A DNA stretch of 61,750 bases, counting the filler. It is 6 parts of 6 records of this genome, joined end to end, with 100 filler letters (N's around TTAATTAATTAA, not from the genome) between each part and the next. Parts side by side here need not be neighbours in the genome. Positions count along the whole stretch, not along the records: positions 55,809 to 61,750 come from SRR2962707_3643; 5 more parts are not named here. One strand, written 5' to 3'. The notes beneath the pieces are model-generated. The model worked only from the letters and a program-made list of their open reading frames with translations. It did no database searches and had not been told where the DNA came from. Of this stretch, positions 60,201 to 61,750 are shown in pieces; position 1 is the stretch's first letter, and every line of letters begins with the position of its first letter. The translations under genes were made by a program, and so were the position numbers.

Positions 60201-61750
60201 ATGCACAAAGAGTCAGAGGCCACACGTGGAACGCAACCTACAACCAGCTCGAAACCTTAACACACTGACGAAATACGTACTGCGCAAAAACCAGCCGAGC
60301 TTCATAAATGGCATCCTTGCGGCCAGTGGTCTTTGCGACAGAGACAATGACAATAAATATGGCAGTGATTGACCCGAATAGTGCAGTCACCAAAGGATCA
60401 AACTCCGTGTTGGAGTCGAATAAGTCAACATCCGACAGTGCCCGGAAGCGTTGCGACACCAACTGAACCTTCCCTTCCACGAGACTGGTTTCTTTACCCG
60501 AGTCGGCAACTGTAAACAAGGTCAAGTGAGTTGTAACGCAAATGGCAGCAGCGGTAATCCCGTCAACCGTTGTTGGTGCTGCCTCGACGCCAATTCCACG
60601 TAAAAATACACCGGTGGAATCCCATTCCCCACTTTCACGATTGTAGAATCGACACGACACACGCCGTCTCAGGCCAAGAGTGTCATCGTTCGCGGTGGAG
60701 TTGTCACTGTTGTCGGAGCCCAGAGAAATTGAAATCTGGATGCCGGAGTCAACATCTTCTAGGGCAGCAACGCCCGTCGCATTTTCGCCACTCGATACGG
60801 TAATCCCTACTACATTCGACAACAGGGTAGCGTTATCATCGCCTCCTTCTGAAACAAAAATATTGACGGAAGTTCCGTCGCCCGTTGCACCTGTCACCAC
60901 GAGGCCGACTCCAGTTTCAGACTCAACCGAAAATCCACCATCGAGGGGGTCAGGCAAGCTACATGAGAAGGCAAAGTTGTCAAGCTGCTCGGCACCGAGC
61001 GACGTTGCATTTGGGCCCGTAAAGTTTCCGGCCATGAGCCGCAAGCAAAACGCATCCATAAGGTCTTGGAGCCGTTGCAGGGCGTCGATGTCTGAGTCAT
61101 CTTTCGCTTGCGCACTGGCAGCATCGACTGCGGCAAGGTAATCGTCAACATTTTTCAGGAATGACCCGGCGTCGTCGCAGATATTATCACCATCGGCGTC
61201 ATTGAATTCATCGTACGGACAGGAATCGAGACTGTTGCACGAGTTGTCTGCGTCGGCATCATTTTCTGCGTCATACGGGCACGAATCTACACCAACGCAA
61301 AACGAGTCTGAATCAACATCGTTCTCGGGGTCATCAGCACAAGAGTCCACATCCCCGCAAACAGAGTCAGAATCAGCGTCATTGCGAAAGTCCACGGCGC
61401 ATGAGTCGATGTCGCCGCAGACCGAGTCAGAGTCGACGTCGTTCTCTTCATCATGTTGACATGAGTCTGCGTTTCCACATAATAAGTCAGAGTCCGCATC
61501 ATTTTGCCAATCAGCTGGGCACGAATCAAGATCGCCGCAAATAGCATCCGAATCACGGTCGTTGTGTCCATCACTTGCACAGGAGTCGACGTTGCCGCAG
61601 ACAAAATCTGAATCCTCGTCCTGAAAAGCGTCATGCGGGCACGAATCCGAGTGCAAACACAGGGCGTCAGAGTCGGCATCATTCTCTGCGTCGGCAGGGC
61701 ACGAATCCACGTTGCCACAAACGTTGTCAGAGTCCAAATCGTTGTCGGCA
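57230..61750 (-). CDS. Polycystin-1-like multi-pass membrane protein with TSP3-like repeats and a GPS motif (5' end outside window); proposed exons >61750-60281, 60194-59966, 59857-59754, 59641-59613, 59499-58682, 58516-58123, 58070(or 58067)-57844, 57733-57230
   Basis: Asp/Cys 20-aa repeats; GPS CRFY...W...G...CVTTHLTLF; TM segments resembling PKD1 TM1-5; all proposed introns are GT-AG and keep the frame. The 3' exons are less certain. Confidence 0.7.
61171..61750 (-). repeat. 60-bp tandem coding repeat, TSP type-3-like Ca2+-binding units (about 9.5 copies visible)
   Basis: xDSDxxCGxxDSCxxDxxND repeating every 20 aa. Confidence 0.9.

Noticed and set aside
61171-61750. 60-bp periodicity as a CRISPR array
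   Set aside because: No invariant repeat with unique spacers; variation is codon-like within an open frame encoding Asp/Cys repeats; no cas genes.

Overview
This window is not one locus. It is six contigs joined by an artificial 100-nt linker (N44-TTAATTAATTAA-N44), and they come from at least four organisms, probably a marine metagenome. (1) 1-25298 and (2) 25399-30998 are Cytophagales-like Bacteroidota. They carry a partial FG-GAP beta-propeller plus cadherin-repeat surface protein missed by the ORF track, three sensor kinases, two response regulators, an ABC-F, peptidases, PhoD, a TonB-dependent receptor and the nusB-ytxH-DUF1573-yajC-ybbR-coaE operon. (3) 31099-38630 is an AT-rich Flavobacteriaceae contig with an amidohydrolase pair, DUF3810, pepD and several small palindromic or heptameric repeats. 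(4) 38731-48656 is a GC-rich Alcanivorax-like gammaproteobacterium: thrH, cysB, 5'-nucleotidase, an AlgP-like protein, mtnA-B-D-C methionine salvage genes, rlmG and a partial tRNA-Pro. (5) 48757-55708 and (6) 55809-61750 are eukaryotic with spliceosomal introns: an 11-exon RAD5-like gene with a GC-AG intron, a 3-exon RRP41 and a partial polycystin-1-like gene with TSP3-type repeats and a GPS motif. No CRISPR array, prophage or autonomous transposon was seen. The best leads for new biology are the protist TSP3-GPS-PKD1-like receptor, the integrin/cadherin-like bacterial adhesin with its divergent two-component system, a switch-like structured leader upstream of the methionine salvage cluster, an IS200/IS605-like miniature element and an amidohydrolase pair with two apparently dead domains. 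All product calls come from motif recognition by eye; no database searches were run.
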